The notes: a model not told the origin generated them from the sequence alone. 64,000 bases of DNA from Candidatus Deferrimicrobiaceae bacterium (GCA_963792415.1 CAWBVY010000009.1:64001-128000), one strand, 5' to 3'. Positions 1 to 9,430 are shown, counted from the stretch's first letter. A program made the numbers and translations.

Positions 1-155
1 CTTCCGAGGTGATAAAGGAAGCGGATCCGCTTTCGCCGTGCAAGCATCTCATCGACGGCAGGAATGAGCACCGACTCGTAGTCGGCCCCGGTCACCTCTC
101 CTTTTGCTTCAAAGCCGAGGACGTTGTCCGGCAATCCCTTCATCCGTTCCAGCAT
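1..155 (-). CDS. STAS/SEC14 (SpoIIAA-like) domain protein, runs off window edge
   Basis: Manual translation from ATG at 155: MLERMKGLPDNVLGFEAKGEVTGADYESVLIPAVDEMLARRKRIRFLYHLG, typical SpoIIAA-like N-terminus; G-rich RBS upstream. Confidence 0.8.
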   Translation of the reverse strand, partial: MLERMKGLPDNVLGFEAKGEVTGADYESVLIPAVDEMLARRKRIRFLYHLG

Positions 156-371
156 GGTGCCCCCCTCTCGGCATCCGCACCGCCTCCGGCGCCAATCTGT
201 CTGCCAACGTCATTATACAAAAGAGACCGCGAATGACGAATCGGCCAAGGTCGTGACCTGTACGACGCGAATGCCGGAGAGGTCTCCAGGAGGCGCGTCG
301 GGCGGCAACGGATCAGGAAAGGGATCACCGCGCTGAAAGAGGACGCCTGTGGCTGCGTCCCCATGGTGGAT

Positions 372-400
372 TTTACTTGCGTGAACCGGCGCAGTATAAT
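372..400 (+). promoter_or_regulatory. sigma70-type promoter
   Basis: TTTACT(372-377)-17 bp-TATAAT(395-400). Confidence 0.55.
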
Positions 401-406
401 TTTCAT

Positions 407-720
407 TAGGCACCCGATCCCACACGGACTCAGGCAGGCCCATGCCAGCCCGGGGGGGGGTGAGGAGGGGCGGTTGGGAGGGGCATTCTTACCTTTCCAA
501 TCCGGGGATTCTTCTTTTCCTCAATCCACCCTTATCCGCAGGTCACCCACCCACGTTTTCCTGGTTCCTCCTTCGTTCCGCATTCCAAAGGAGTTCCATC
601 CCGGCCTGACGGAACTGCACCAAAACGCATAATCCCCACCCTTCATTTCCGACGGCATGGGGGGGGGCCGGGCCAGGGGGGCGTATGGGGTGCTTCCCGT
701 TTTGGCGGATGGATGGGCGT
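407..720 (+). ncRNA. candidate structured 5' leader or sRNA (no known family recognised)
   Basis: Non-coding stretch after a promoter; two long imperfect hairpins (461-523 and 596-716) seen by eye. Confidence 0.3.
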
Positions 721-854
721 CAATGGAACGATCGGCATCTCTTGGAGGCCGATCCGGGAGCCCGACCATCGAGGTTCGTCAGACGTTGGGGCAGGCGGAA
801 TACGGTAACCCCGCGGGGCAATCCCAAAGGGATTGCAGGAAGGAGGAGCGGGAA

Positions 855-1334
855 ATGTACCAGCACATCCTTTTGATGACGAACGGGTGCGCGGACTGCG
901 ATATCAATCCATGCGTCGGCATCCTCCTCGCCAAATCCCTCGAGGCCAGGGTGACGGGGGTTTACGTGACGGAAAACCTCTCCGCGAAGGAAATCCTGGA
1001 TATCTACAATCCCGCCCCTTTGAAGTGGGCCGGGGAGGGCAATAGAAAGAAAGAAGCCATGGCGGACGCGGAGAAGCGGCGAAAGGTCATTGCGAGCAAA
1101 TCCCTTGAAAAGACAGAGAAATCGTGTGCCGACCTGGGGGTCCCGTTTGAAGGCGTGTGCCTGACGGAGGAATCTCCCGTGGACGGCGTCCTGAAAGTGG
1201 TGGCCGACAAGCGGTGCGACCTCATCGTCACATCGACCCATCCGCACGGGCTGAAGGACCTCCTGTTCGACGCCATCGATGCAAAGAAACTCGGGAAGTC
1301 GAAGATCCCGGTCCTGTGCCACCATTGCGGGTGA
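855..1334 (+). CDS. universal stress protein (USP)
   Basis: MYQHILLMTNG...CDLIVTSTH...SKIPVL USP pattern; AGGAGG RBS before ATG 855. Confidence 0.85.
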   Translation: MYQHILLMTNGCADCDINPCVGILLAKSLEARVTGVYVTENLSAKEILDIYNPAPLKWAGEGNRKKEAMADAEKRRKVIASKSLEKTEKSCADLGVPFEGVCLTEESPVDGVLKVVADKRCDLIVTSTHPHGLKDLLFDAIDAKKLGKSKIPVLCHHCG

Positions 1335-1359
1335 CCGAATTGCCTGGAACCGTGCGCGC

Positions 1360-1392
1360 GGAGGAGCGGGAGGCGCCGCAGACCGCTCCTCC
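1360..1392 (+). terminator. GC hairpin after USP
   Basis: GGAGGAGCGG / CCGCTCCTCC 10-bp stem; no clear U-tract. Confidence 0.35.
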
Positions 1393-1432
1393 CGGAAAAT
1401 CCGCGCAAGCTGCAGCTTCCCTCGTCCCGGGC

Positions 1433-1461
1433 TTGACAGTTTGAAAGGCGGTTGAAAGAAT
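1433..1461 (+). promoter_or_regulatory. promoter for MFS gene with TTGAAAG direct repeats
   Basis: TTGACA-17-AAGAAT ending 7 nt before ATG 1469; TTGAAAG at 1441 and 1452. Confidence 0.45.
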
Positions 1462-1468
1462 CGCCGTC

Positions 1469-2663
1469 ATGATCCCGCAGCGTGCCCGTGCCACGCTCGC
1501 CGCAAGCTGCTTCATCCACTTCCTGCACGACGGATGCTCCGATCTCCTGTACGTTCTCTTCCCCGTGTGGGCGCGCGAGTTCTCCCTCTCCTTCGCGCAG
1601 GTAGGCCTGCTGCGCACCGGATACTCGGGCGCCCTCGCCCTTTTCCAGATCCCGGCGGGGTACCTGGCGGACCGCTGGGGCGAGCCGCGCATCCTGGGCG
1701 CCGGAACGTTCCTGACGGCCGTCGGTTTTTTCTGCGTTGGGACCGCGGGGGGTTTCGTCCCGCTCCTCGTGTTTCTGATGATCGGCGGCCTGGGCTCCGC
1801 CACCCAGCATCCGCTATCGTCCTCGCTGGTCTCCCGCGCCTATGAGGCGGGGCGCCGCCGCGTGGCCATCGGGACGTACAACTTCTCGGGGGATCTGGGC
1901 AAGGTGACCTGGCCGGCCTGCGTGGCCTTTGTCACCGCGTGGGCGGGTTGGCGCTGGGCTGCACAGGGCATCGGGCTGGTCGTCCTGGCCAGCGCGGTCG
2001 GCATCTTCTTCCTCCTGGCGTCGCTGGTGGGCACTCCCGCGGGTCCTCGGGCAACTTCGACCGCCGGCCGCGCAGGCAACGGGTGGGGAATCCGGAACGC
2101 GCGGGGCTTCTCGCTGCTCTCCACGATCCACGCCATCGACAACGGGTCACGAACCGTCTTTCTCACCTTGCTGCCGTTCCTCCTGCTCGGCAAGGGCATG
2201 AGGATGGATCTGATGTGGCTGGCGTTGGGGGTGACCTTTGCAGGCGGGGCCACGGGGAAGTTCGTCTGCGGGCACCTGGCCGAGCGGTGGGGCATCATCC
2301 GGACGGTCCTCGTCACCGAGACCGCCACGGGACTCGGCATTCTGCTGCTCCTGCGCCCTCCCCGTGACACCTGCGCTGTTCCTCCTGCCCATCCTGGGCA
2401 TCGCACTCAACGGAACCTCGTCCGTGCTGTACGGCTCGGTCGCCGAGCTGGTGGCGGCGGAGCGCCGCTCGCGCGCCTACGGCCTGTTCTACACCATCGG
2501 CATCGGCACGGGCGCGCTGGCGCCGCCGCTCTTCGGTCTCCTCTCCGACGCGGCCGGCGTCCCGGCGACGTTGGCGGTCCTGGCGGCGGTGATCCTCGCC
2601 ACGCTCCCCCTCGCCCACCTCCTCCGACCGGCCGTCGAGGGAAAATCCGCCCGCGTTTCGTAG
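1469..2663 (+). pseudogene. MFS transporter (Fsr-like), frameshifted near 2354 (real lesion or sequence error)
   Basis: HFLHDG, GYLADRWG, QHP motifs in the 1469 frame; last TMs (ALPVTPALFLLPILG...GLLSDAAG) in the 2238 frame ending at 2663. Confidence 0.8.
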
Positions 2664-2735
2664 CGCTCGCACATTCTCGCCGGTTTCATCTCCCTGATTG
2701 CTGCGATTGTTGGCGGCGCATGGGATCCAAGGCGT

Positions 2736-3089
2736 CTACCATTGCAGACACGCGCAGGCCTGGAGTTCGGGCGGAAACCCCACGGAACAGGAAATCATCG
2801 GCTTCCACCCGGTGAAGGTCCGGTAGATCAGCAAGAGGATGAGAAGGATGAGGAGGAGGAGGACGATTCCCCGCATCCAGTACCGGGAGGATACGTCCCG
2901 TTGCGAATGCGTTTCAACGTCTGCCGCGGGCCCCATCCTCGCGGGGCCTTCCCCCTCGACGATGGAAGCGCCCGAGGATTGCGACAGGACGACGATTCCC
3001 GCCATGGCGTCGTGCGATACGGACCCCGTCATCATCAGGATGGAAGAGAGAAGGAGGGCGGTCGGCAGAAACCAGAATTTCCGTGTCAT
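2736..3089 (-). CDS. hypothetical small membrane protein
   Basis: N-terminal signal-like segment and one C-terminal TM (GIVLLLLILLILLLIY); GGAGGG RBS. Confidence 0.55.
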   Translation of the reverse strand: MTRKFWFLPTALLLSSILMMTGSVSHDAMAGIVVLSQSSGASIVEGEGPARMGPAADVETHSQRDVSSRYWMRGIVLLLLILLILLLIYRTFTGWKPMISCSVGFPPELQACACLQW

Positions 3090-3192
3090 CCGCCCTCCCG
3101 CGGACGGGAAACAACCGGGGGGCACATCGCCGAATCAACGCATCGGCGATTCCATGCCCCCCGGCGTGCCCGATTCCCCCGTACTTGAGGCG

Positions 3193-3390
3193 TTACGCAG
3201 GCGGGCTTCCCGCCTTCATCCCCTTCCGGACCATGTCCTTGAACTCCGGAGTGATCTGGTACTTGTGCACCGTTTTCGCGTGCTGGATCACGGCCTCCAT
3301 CAGTTCCTCTTCGGTATCCGCCGAAACCGCCACGCTGCACTTCACCTCGCCGGGGTAGTCCCGGCAATCCAGGTATTTCCGTGCCATCAT
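3193..3390 (-). CDS. DUF1059-like small metal-binding protein
   Basis: DCRDYPGEVKC...ADTEEELMEAVIQHAKTVH pattern; AGGAGG RBS. Confidence 0.8.
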   Translation of the reverse strand: MMARKYLDCRDYPGEVKCSVAVSADTEEELMEAVIQHAKTVHKYQITPEFKDMVRKGMKAGSPPA

Positions 3391-3494
3391 CGCACCTCCT
3401 TTTGGCAAGGGGGTTGTCTTACGAGGTTGCCGTCCGTATCGTATTCATGCGATGGCCTGCGCCCCGCGAACGATTCCCGATGGAAGGATTTCGT

Positions 3495-4271
3495 ATGGAC
3501 GACCTGATCCGCTCCCATCGCCGATGGCTCAAGGACTCGATCCGCAAGACCGTCGACTGGAGCGCCACGGGCCAATCGCGCGGCCTCCCGCCGCCACCGG
3601 TTCAGAAACCGATCCCCCCGGACGCGCGGACGGTCGCTCTCCCGGGGCCGGACCGGTTCGACTCGGTCTGCACCTCCGGCCTCCTCAGGGTCCTCCAAAA
3701 ACGCCGAAGCGTCCGCCGATTCGCCCAGGATCCTCTCTCCCTCAAAGAACTCGCATTTCTCCTCTGGGCCACCCAGGGGATCACGGGGCGCAGCGGCGAC
3801 GAGGCGACCTTCCGCCCGGTTCCATCCGCCGGCGCGCGGCACGCGTTCGAGACCTACCTCTACTGCCGGAGGGTCGATACGCTCGAGGAGGGGATCTACC
3901 GCTACCTGCCGGTGGAGCACCGCCTCCTCTTCGAGTTTACGGAACCCGGGCTGGCCGCCCGCATCTCCGAGGCCTGTCTCGGGCAACGGTTCGTCGGGCA
4001 GGGGGCCGTCACGTTCTTCTGGAGCGTCCTCCCGTACCGGATGGAGTGGCGGTACGGACCGGCCGCACACCGCGTCCTCCCGATGGACGCCGGCCACGTC
4101 TGCCAGAACCTGTACCTTTCCGCGGAAGCGATCGGGGCGGGGACGTGCGCGGTCGCGGCGTACGATCAGGAGGCCCTCGATGCCCTTCTCCACCTCGACG
4201 GGGAGGAGGAGTTCGTCCTCTACCTGGCGCCGGTCGGAAAGCACGCGACCTCCGGGAAAGGGGCCGGGTAG
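3495..4271 (+). CDS. SagB/ThcOx-family nitroreductase
   Basis: KRRSVRRF, RPVPSAGARHAFETY, DAGHVCQNLYL motifs. Confidence 0.85.
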   Translation: MDDLIRSHRRWLKDSIRKTVDWSATGQSRGLPPPPVQKPIPPDARTVALPGPDRFDSVCTSGLLRVLQKRRSVRRFAQDPLSLKELAFLLWATQGITGRSGDEATFRPVPSAGARHAFETYLYCRRVDTLEEGIYRYLPVEHRLLFEFTEPGLAARISEACLGQRFVGQGAVTFFWSVLPYRMEWRYGPAAHRVLPMDAGHVCQNLYLSAEAIGAGTCAVAAYDQEALDALLHLDGEEEFVLYLAPVGKHATSGKGAG

Positions 4272-4458
4272 GATCGACCCGGCCCGTTCGTACCGCAAGC
4301 CCGGGAACCCCCTCCCCTTTTTCCATCGTCGAACACCCATCCCGGCGCAGCCACCGGGCGCGCCTTCTCCCGCAGGGTATCGGATTCCCTGCGGGATGGG
4401 AATGTGACACTTTTCCCGAATCCCGGGGGAATCCTCCGAATCTAATCGTCACACCCTG

Positions 4459-4498
4459 ACATGGATGGCGGCGACGCAACATGGATGGCCGCGACGCA
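4459..4498. repeat. 2 x 20-bp tandem repeat
   Basis: ACATGGATGGCGGCGACGCA / ACATGGATGGCCGCGACGCA, one mismatch. Confidence 0.85.
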
Positions 4499-4523
4499 AT
4501 CTGGGACGGGAGGTTGGAACCCC

Positions 4524-4988
4524 ATGAAAAAAATCATCTTTCTCATCTTTGTGACAGGCGTGGCTTTATTGTGGATGGGATCCGGATTCGACGTGCCGGC
4601 TGCGAACCCTCCGCGGGCCGGTTCGGAGATGATGACCATCGACAGCCTGGCCGGAGTCGCCGAAAACCCGATCCCCGGGAGCATCCGGGAAGTGACCGCC
4701 TACAACGTGGGGGTGCGGGGGCAGACCAGCGACGACCCGTGCATCGGGGCCACGGGGAAAAACCTCTGCCGCCTCGTCGCGCGGGGGCTCAAGGTCTGCG
4801 CCGCGAACTTCGTCGACCCGGAGACCATCCTGCACATCGAAGGGTACGGCGAGTGCATCGTCCTCGACCGCATGAACCGGCGGTTCGCCCATCGGGTCGA
4901 TATCGCGATGGGAAGGGCCGAGATCGACAGGGCCCTCGAGTTCGGTATCCAGCGGCGGCACGTAAAAGTGAAACCCGTGCGTCCCTGA
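4524..4988 (+). CDS. secreted 3D-domain protein (putative lytic transglycosylase-like)
   Basis: Signal peptide; VTAYN..QT.DDP, AAN, VLDRM, RVDIAM, ALEFG motifs. Confidence 0.75.
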   Translation: MKKIIFLIFVTGVALLWMGSGFDVPAANPPRAGSEMMTIDSLAGVAENPIPGSIREVTAYNVGVRGQTSDDPCIGATGKNLCRLVARGLKVCAANFVDPETILHIEGYGECIVLDRMNRRFAHRVDIAMGRAEIDRALEFGIQRRHVKVKPVRP

Positions 4989-5026
4989 AAACCGGACGGG
5001 CCCGCAGTTCCTCCTTTCCTCGAATC

Positions 5027-5362
5027 TCAGTCTTGGTCTTGACCTCCTGCCGTGCGGAAAGACGGGTCGGAGATCGCTTCTCCCTTGCAGACCGGACATC
5101 GGGACGGCGCCTTGAGCCGGTCCCGTTTCCTGAACACGAACCCGCACCCCCGGCACTCGGCAGGGACCTGTTCCAGACGCCGCCCCTCGGAGTGAAGACT
5201 TTTCCGAAGGTGCTCCAGGTGAATCTCGACCTCCTTTTCCGGCCTGTGGACGGCGGAGGAGATCTCCCTGGCCGTGTGCGGCCCCTTCTCCAGGAGGGTG
5301 CGGATTTGACGCCTCGTGGTTTCCGTTTCCTCCAGCTTTCGGACTACCGAAGCGGCATTCAT
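5027..5362 (-). CDS. HTH plus Zn-ribbon predicted regulator (COG3357-like)
   Basis: TRRQIRTLL...HLEHLRKS...PAECRGCGFVF...PSRCPVCK. Confidence 0.8.
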   Translation of the reverse strand: MNAASVVRKLEETETTRRQIRTLLEKGPHTAREISSAVHRPEKEVEIHLEHLRKSLHSEGRRLEQVPAECRGCGFVFRKRDRLKAPSRCPVCKGEAISDPSFRTAGGQDQD

Positions 5363-5392
5363 CCGCTTTTTCACCCTCCGTCCGAAATCGCC

Positions 5393-6496
5393 TTACTTCC
5401 CGGGGGAATCTCGGAACGTCCAGTAGGTATTGAAAAAATAGTTCACGAACGTCGCCGGGACGATGCCGATCGCCTGATGATATTGCGGGGCGACCTTCGG
5501 GAAAAGGATGCTCAGAAGGACGAAGACGAGGTAACTGATCCCCAACGCGACAAACGAAACGACGTTGAACTTCAATCCCTTGATATGGAGCTTGTCCGCG
5601 ACGTTCCTTTCGGAAAACGTCCATACGTTGTTGAACAGGAAATTGGTGATGATGGAGATCTCTATGGCGATCGGGGAGGCAATATACTTGTTCATCCCGT
5701 AATGCATCAATAGCGAAAATACCCCCAGATTGACGAATACCCCCGTGAGGCCCACAACGCAGAATCTGATGAAAATCCTGCTGTTCTCAAGCCGTATCCA
5801 CCACGCGTCGACATGAACTCCAGGATGTCGGATACGCCGATTTTGGACTCCCCCCGTTTCCTGTCGACGAACTCGACGGGGATCTCCCGGACAAGGGCCT
5901 TCCGCAGTACGGCCTGGTTCAGAAGGGCGATCTGGAAGGCGTATCCACGGACATGCAGCCCCGCCAGGTCGATTTTTTCCAGCAGCGAAGCCCGGATGGT
6001 CCTGAACCCGGCCGTGCAGTCCCGGATCCGATACATCCCCGCGACGTACCGCGCGAATATGTTTCCGCCCCTGGAGATGGCCTTCCTCATCAACCCCCAG
6101 TCTTTCGGGATGGATCCGCCTTCGACGTATCGGCTCCCGATGACGAAATCGGCGCCCCCGGACAGCGCGGATACCATGCGGGGGACATCCTCGGGTTTGT
6201 GGGAAAAGTCCGCGTCCATCTCCATCACGCCGTCGGCGCCCATCACCTCCATGGCGTGTTTCATCCCCCGCATGTAGGCGGAACCCAGCCCCTCCTTGTT
6301 TCCCGTGATGAGAAAAACGTTCCGGCAAGCCCCCATCTTTTCCTTCACGACGGACGCCGTGCCGTCCGGGAGTGTCGTCCACCACGAGAATCGCCATCTC
6401 GTGATGGATCCGCCGGAATTCCTCCTGCAGGCGATCGATCAGCAATCCGATGTTGGGCTTCTCGTTGTACGTCGGGATGATCATCACGATCCGCAT
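5393..6496 (-). CDS. GT2 polyprenol-phosphate glycosyltransferase (DPM1-like) fused to GtrA domain, with two compensating frameshifts
   Basis: IPTYNE and VVDD in the first frame; GLGSAY, MDADFSH, DCTAGFR, RGESK in the 5707-6348 frame; GtrA (RFCVVG, NFLFNNVWTF) back in the first frame. Confidence 0.8.
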   Translation of the reverse strand: MRIVMIIPTYNEKPNIGLLIDRLQEEFRRIHHEMAILVVDDTPGRHGVRREGKDGGLPERFSHHGKQGGAGFRLHAGDETRHGGDGRRRRDGDGRGLFPQTRGCPPHGIRAVRGRRFRHREPIRRRRIHPERLGVDEEGHLQGRKHIRAVRRGDVSDPGLHGRVQDHPGFAAGKNRPGGAACPWIRLPDRPSEPGRTAEGPCPGDPRRVRRQETGGVQNRRIRHPGVHVDAWWIRLENSRIFIRFCVVGLTGVFVNLGVFSLLMHYGMNKYIASPIAIEISIITNFLFNNVWTFSERNVADKLHIKGLKFNVVSFVALGISYLVFVLLSILFPKVAPQYHQAIGIVPATFVNYFFNTYWTFRDSPGK

Positions 6497-6601
6497 CTGC
6501 CCGATCCCCTGAATATTTATCCGCAACGGCCACTTGTGGCGGATGGTACTGTGCCATTATGCAGGAAGGATAACAAGGAAAGCGGGGAATCCTTCGGACC
6601 G

Positions 6602-8188
6602 ATGAACCGACCCCTTCCGGACGCTCCGGCACCCTCCCCCGCCGTTTCGGTTTGGGAAAGCATCACGGGCTGCCTGTCGTTCGATCGTCTGCCGGACCGG
6701 CCGGAGCCGGATCCGCCTTCCACGAAAGCGTTCTGGTGGCTTCTCGCCGTCTTCTTCCTGATCCGGCTGTTCTATATCCGCCTGCTTCCGATCGTCCCGC
6801 AGGAAGCGTACTACTGGAGCTACGCCAAGCACCTGGCGCTCTCGTATTTCGATCACCCCCCGATGACGGCCTGGACGATCGCGCTGTTCACCGCGATCGG
6901 CGGCGACACGCCGTTCTTCGTCCGGATCGGCACGGTGATCTACACGACGGCAACCCTGGCCGTCCTGTTCGCCGCGACGCGGGTGCTGTTCGGGTCCGCC
7001 CGGCTCGCGCTGGCCGTCGGGGTATTGAGCATGTGCACGGTGTTCATCCCGCTGAGCGCCACGGTGGCCACGCCCGATCCCCCGCTCCAGTTCTTCTGGA
7101 GCCTCCTCCTGCTGGCCATGGCCAAACTCCTCCGCACGGGACAGGCGAGGTGGTGGTATCTCGCGGGCGCGGCCTTCGGGCTGGGGATGCTGAGCAAGTA
7201 TTCGGCGGTGCTGGCCGTCCCGGGGATCTTCGTCTGGATCGCGTGGGACCGCGACCGCCGGCGCTGGCTTCTCACGCCGCATCCATACGTCGCGTTGGCG
7301 ATCGGGCTGGTCCTTTTCCTCCCGGTGATCCTCTGGAACGCCCGGCACGAATGGGCATCGTTCGCCTTTCAGTCTTCCCGGCGCTTCGGCGAGATGGGCG
7401 CGTTCCGCCCGCGGTATTTCTTCGAGCTTCTCGGATCGCAGGCCGGACTCCTGACGCCTTACATCCTGCTGGTCGTGCTGGCCGGGTGGGGGTGGGCGGG
7501 TGCCCATTGGTGGCGCACGCGGGACGCACGGTTCGGGCTGCTGTTCTGGCTGGCGGCCCCGGTGTATGCGGTCTTCACGGCGACCAGTTTCCGGAGCCTG
7601 GTGAAAATGAACTGGATGGCGCCGGCGTACCTGTCCTCCCTGATCGCGGCGGGGGCGTGGCTGACGCACTCGACGGGCCCCGTCTCCGCGCGGTTCCGCA
7701 AATGGGCACGGCCCGGGCTGGCGCTGGCCCTGGTTCTCCTGCTGACGGTGCACATCCTCCCGCTGGCGCGGGCCGTCCCGCTGGGCCGCGCCGATACGTG
7801 GAGCGGCTGGCCCGAACTGACCCGGAAAGTCCTCGAGACGAAGGCGGAGATGGGACCCGGGGCGTTCGTCTTCAGCGATGAATACAAGATCTCGAGCGAG
7901 ATCTCCTTCCATTCCCCGCGCCACGGGGACACCTGCATGTCGGAGATCCTCGGCGGAAGCGGATTGCAGTACCGCTTCTGGACGAAGCCCGACGCGCTGG
8001 TCGGCCGGAACGCGGTGTTTGCGACCGACAACAGGAACGTCACCGGGACGACGGTACGCCTCAAATCGTATTTCTCCGACGTGCGGCCCGAGCCCCCGCT
8101 CGAGATCGTATACGGCGGGAGGACCTTCCGGACATTTTACCTGTACCGCTGTTACGGGTACCTCGGGGCGGGAAAACCTTCCCGCTAG
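6602..8188 (+). CDS. GT39/ArnT-like polytopic glycosyltransferase
   Basis: EAYYW, YFDHPP, TPD.P, LSKY motifs; many TMs; start approximate. Confidence 0.85.
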   Translation: MNRPLPDAPAPSPAVSVWESITGCLSFDRLPDRPEPDPPSTKAFWWLLAVFFLIRLFYIRLLPIVPQEAYYWSYAKHLALSYFDHPPMTAWTIALFTAIGGDTPFFVRIGTVIYTTATLAVLFAATRVLFGSARLALAVGVLSMCTVFIPLSATVATPDPPLQFFWSLLLLAMAKLLRTGQARWWYLAGAAFGLGMLSKYSAVLAVPGIFVWIAWDRDRRRWLLTPHPYVALAIGLVLFLPVILWNARHEWASFAFQSSRRFGEMGAFRPRYFFELLGSQAGLLTPYILLVVLAGWGWAGAHWWRTRDARFGLLFWLAAPVYAVFTATSFRSLVKMNWMAPAYLSSLIAAGAWLTHSTGPVSARFRKWARPGLALALVLLLTVHILPLARAVPLGRADTWSGWPELTRKVLETKAEMGPGAFVFSDEYKISSEISFHSPRHGDTCMSEILGGSGLQYRFWTKPDALVGRNAVFATDNRNVTGTTVRLKSYFSDVRPEPPLEIVYGGRTFRTFYLYRCYGYLGAGKPSR

Positions 8189-8255
8189 GGGAAATTCGCG
8201 GTCGACCCGCACCCGGGCCCTCCCCGCCTTCTGATGCCATTCGGCGGCGGGTATA

Positions 8256-8708
8256 ATGGAGACACAGTGGGGGTGGGATATGGTCCAACTGCTCAAGCCG
8301 CTCCGTCAGTCCGCTCGCGTGTCCGCAGGCCTGCTCCTGCTCAGGCTCGTGGCGGGGGCGGCGTTCCTGCACCACGGCTACGGGAAGATCCAGGACCCGT
8401 TCGGCTGGATGGGTCCGGACGCCGCCATTCCCGGCATCTTCCAGGCGCTGGCGGCCGTCTCCGAGTTCGGGGGCGGGCTCGCCTGGATGCTGGGCCTGCT
8501 GACGCCTTTGGCTTCGTGCGGCCTGGCCTGCACGATGACGGTGGCGGTCTGGATGCACGCCGGCGTGCTCCACGACCCGTTTGTGGCCCTGCAAGGCGGC
8601 CGCTCCTACGAATTGGCCAGCGTCTACCTCTGCGTCGCCGTCCTGCTCCTGCTCGCCGGGCCGGGGCGCTTCTCCGCGGACCGCGTCGCATTCGGCGAGA
8701 AGGCCTGA
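8256..8708 (+). CDS. DoxX-family membrane protein
   Basis: LLRLVAG..F.HHG..K, EFGGG, GPGRFS.D; start may be 8280. Confidence 0.85.
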   Translation: METQWGWDMVQLLKPLRQSARVSAGLLLLRLVAGAAFLHHGYGKIQDPFGWMGPDAAIPGIFQALAAVSEFGGGLAWMLGLLTPLASCGLACTMTVAVWMHAGVLHDPFVALQGGRSYELASVYLCVAVLLLLAGPGRFSADRVAFGEKA

Positions 8709-8781
8709 CCGGTGATTTTCCTCAGGAGACGCTACCGGCTTTTGTTGACACCTTTTTTGGTCCGATGGTAGCATCCACCGC

Positions 8782-9315
8782 ATGAAAAAATGGGCTTTCC
8801 GGCTTCCCCTGGCCGCCGCTCTCCTGCTGCTGGCGGTTTCCCTTCCGCAACGGGGGTTCGCCGACGCAGGGGTGGCGGCGGGGGCATCCTTCGGGCAGGG
8901 GCGCGCGTCCCTATCAGTTTTCGGCGGGAGCGGATCCTCCTTCAGCCAGTCCTATTTCGTCCTGGGGGTGGGCGCGAATTATTACGTCATCCGGGGCCTG
9001 GGGCTCGGCTTGAATTTCGAGTCCTGGCTCGGCAACACCCCCGGCATCTACAAGCTCACGCCGAATGTCCAGTACGTCTTCACCCTGATTCCCTCGGTGC
9101 AGCCGTACGTGGGGGTGTTCTACCGGCGCGTGTTCATCGATGACCTTTCCGACCTCAATTCGGTGGGTACGCGCGCGGGGGCATACCTGCCGATCGGATC
9201 CAACACGCACGTCGGGCTGGGGGGGGTCTACGAGAAGTACCTCGACTGCAATGAGAGCTCCTACCATTCCTGCGACGATATCTACCCGGAGATCAGCTTC
9301 ACCGTCAGCTTCTGA
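8782..9315 (+). CDS. hypothetical outer-membrane beta-barrel-like protein
   Basis: Signal peptide, alternating beta-strand pattern, C-terminal ISFTVSF. Confidence 0.65.
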   Translation: MKKWAFRLPLAAALLLLAVSLPQRGFADAGVAAGASFGQGRASLSVFGGSGSSFSQSYFVLGVGANYYVIRGLGLGLNFESWLGNTPGIYKLTPNVQYVFTLIPSVQPYVGVFYRRVFIDDLSDLNSVGTRAGAYLPIGSNTHVGLGGVYEKYLDCNESSYHSCDDIYPEISFTVSF

Positions 9316-9430
9316 CCCCGAATTCCTCTTGTCCTGCCCCCCTCGAACCGGTCCGGGGTGTGTCAATGATGCTTTTCATACCGATTCGAGGGGACCAGGA
9401 GAGGTTCGCCGGAAATGCAGGGAGGGCCGC

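Noticed and set aside
229-362. Glycine riboswitch or SRP-like motifs (GGAGAG, CAGGAAAGGGA)
   Set aside because: Lacks the CCGAAG and CUCUCAGG cores and the SRP GGAAGG/AGCAG loop; no matching downstream gene.
2672-2735. ILAGFISLIAAIVGGAW hydrophobic fragment as a gene remnant
   Set aside because: Too short to assign without a search.
3495-4271. RiPP (azole) biosynthesis cluster around the SagB-like gene
   Set aside because: No YcaO, precursor peptide or transporter adjacent; stand-alone SagB-like nitroreductases are common.
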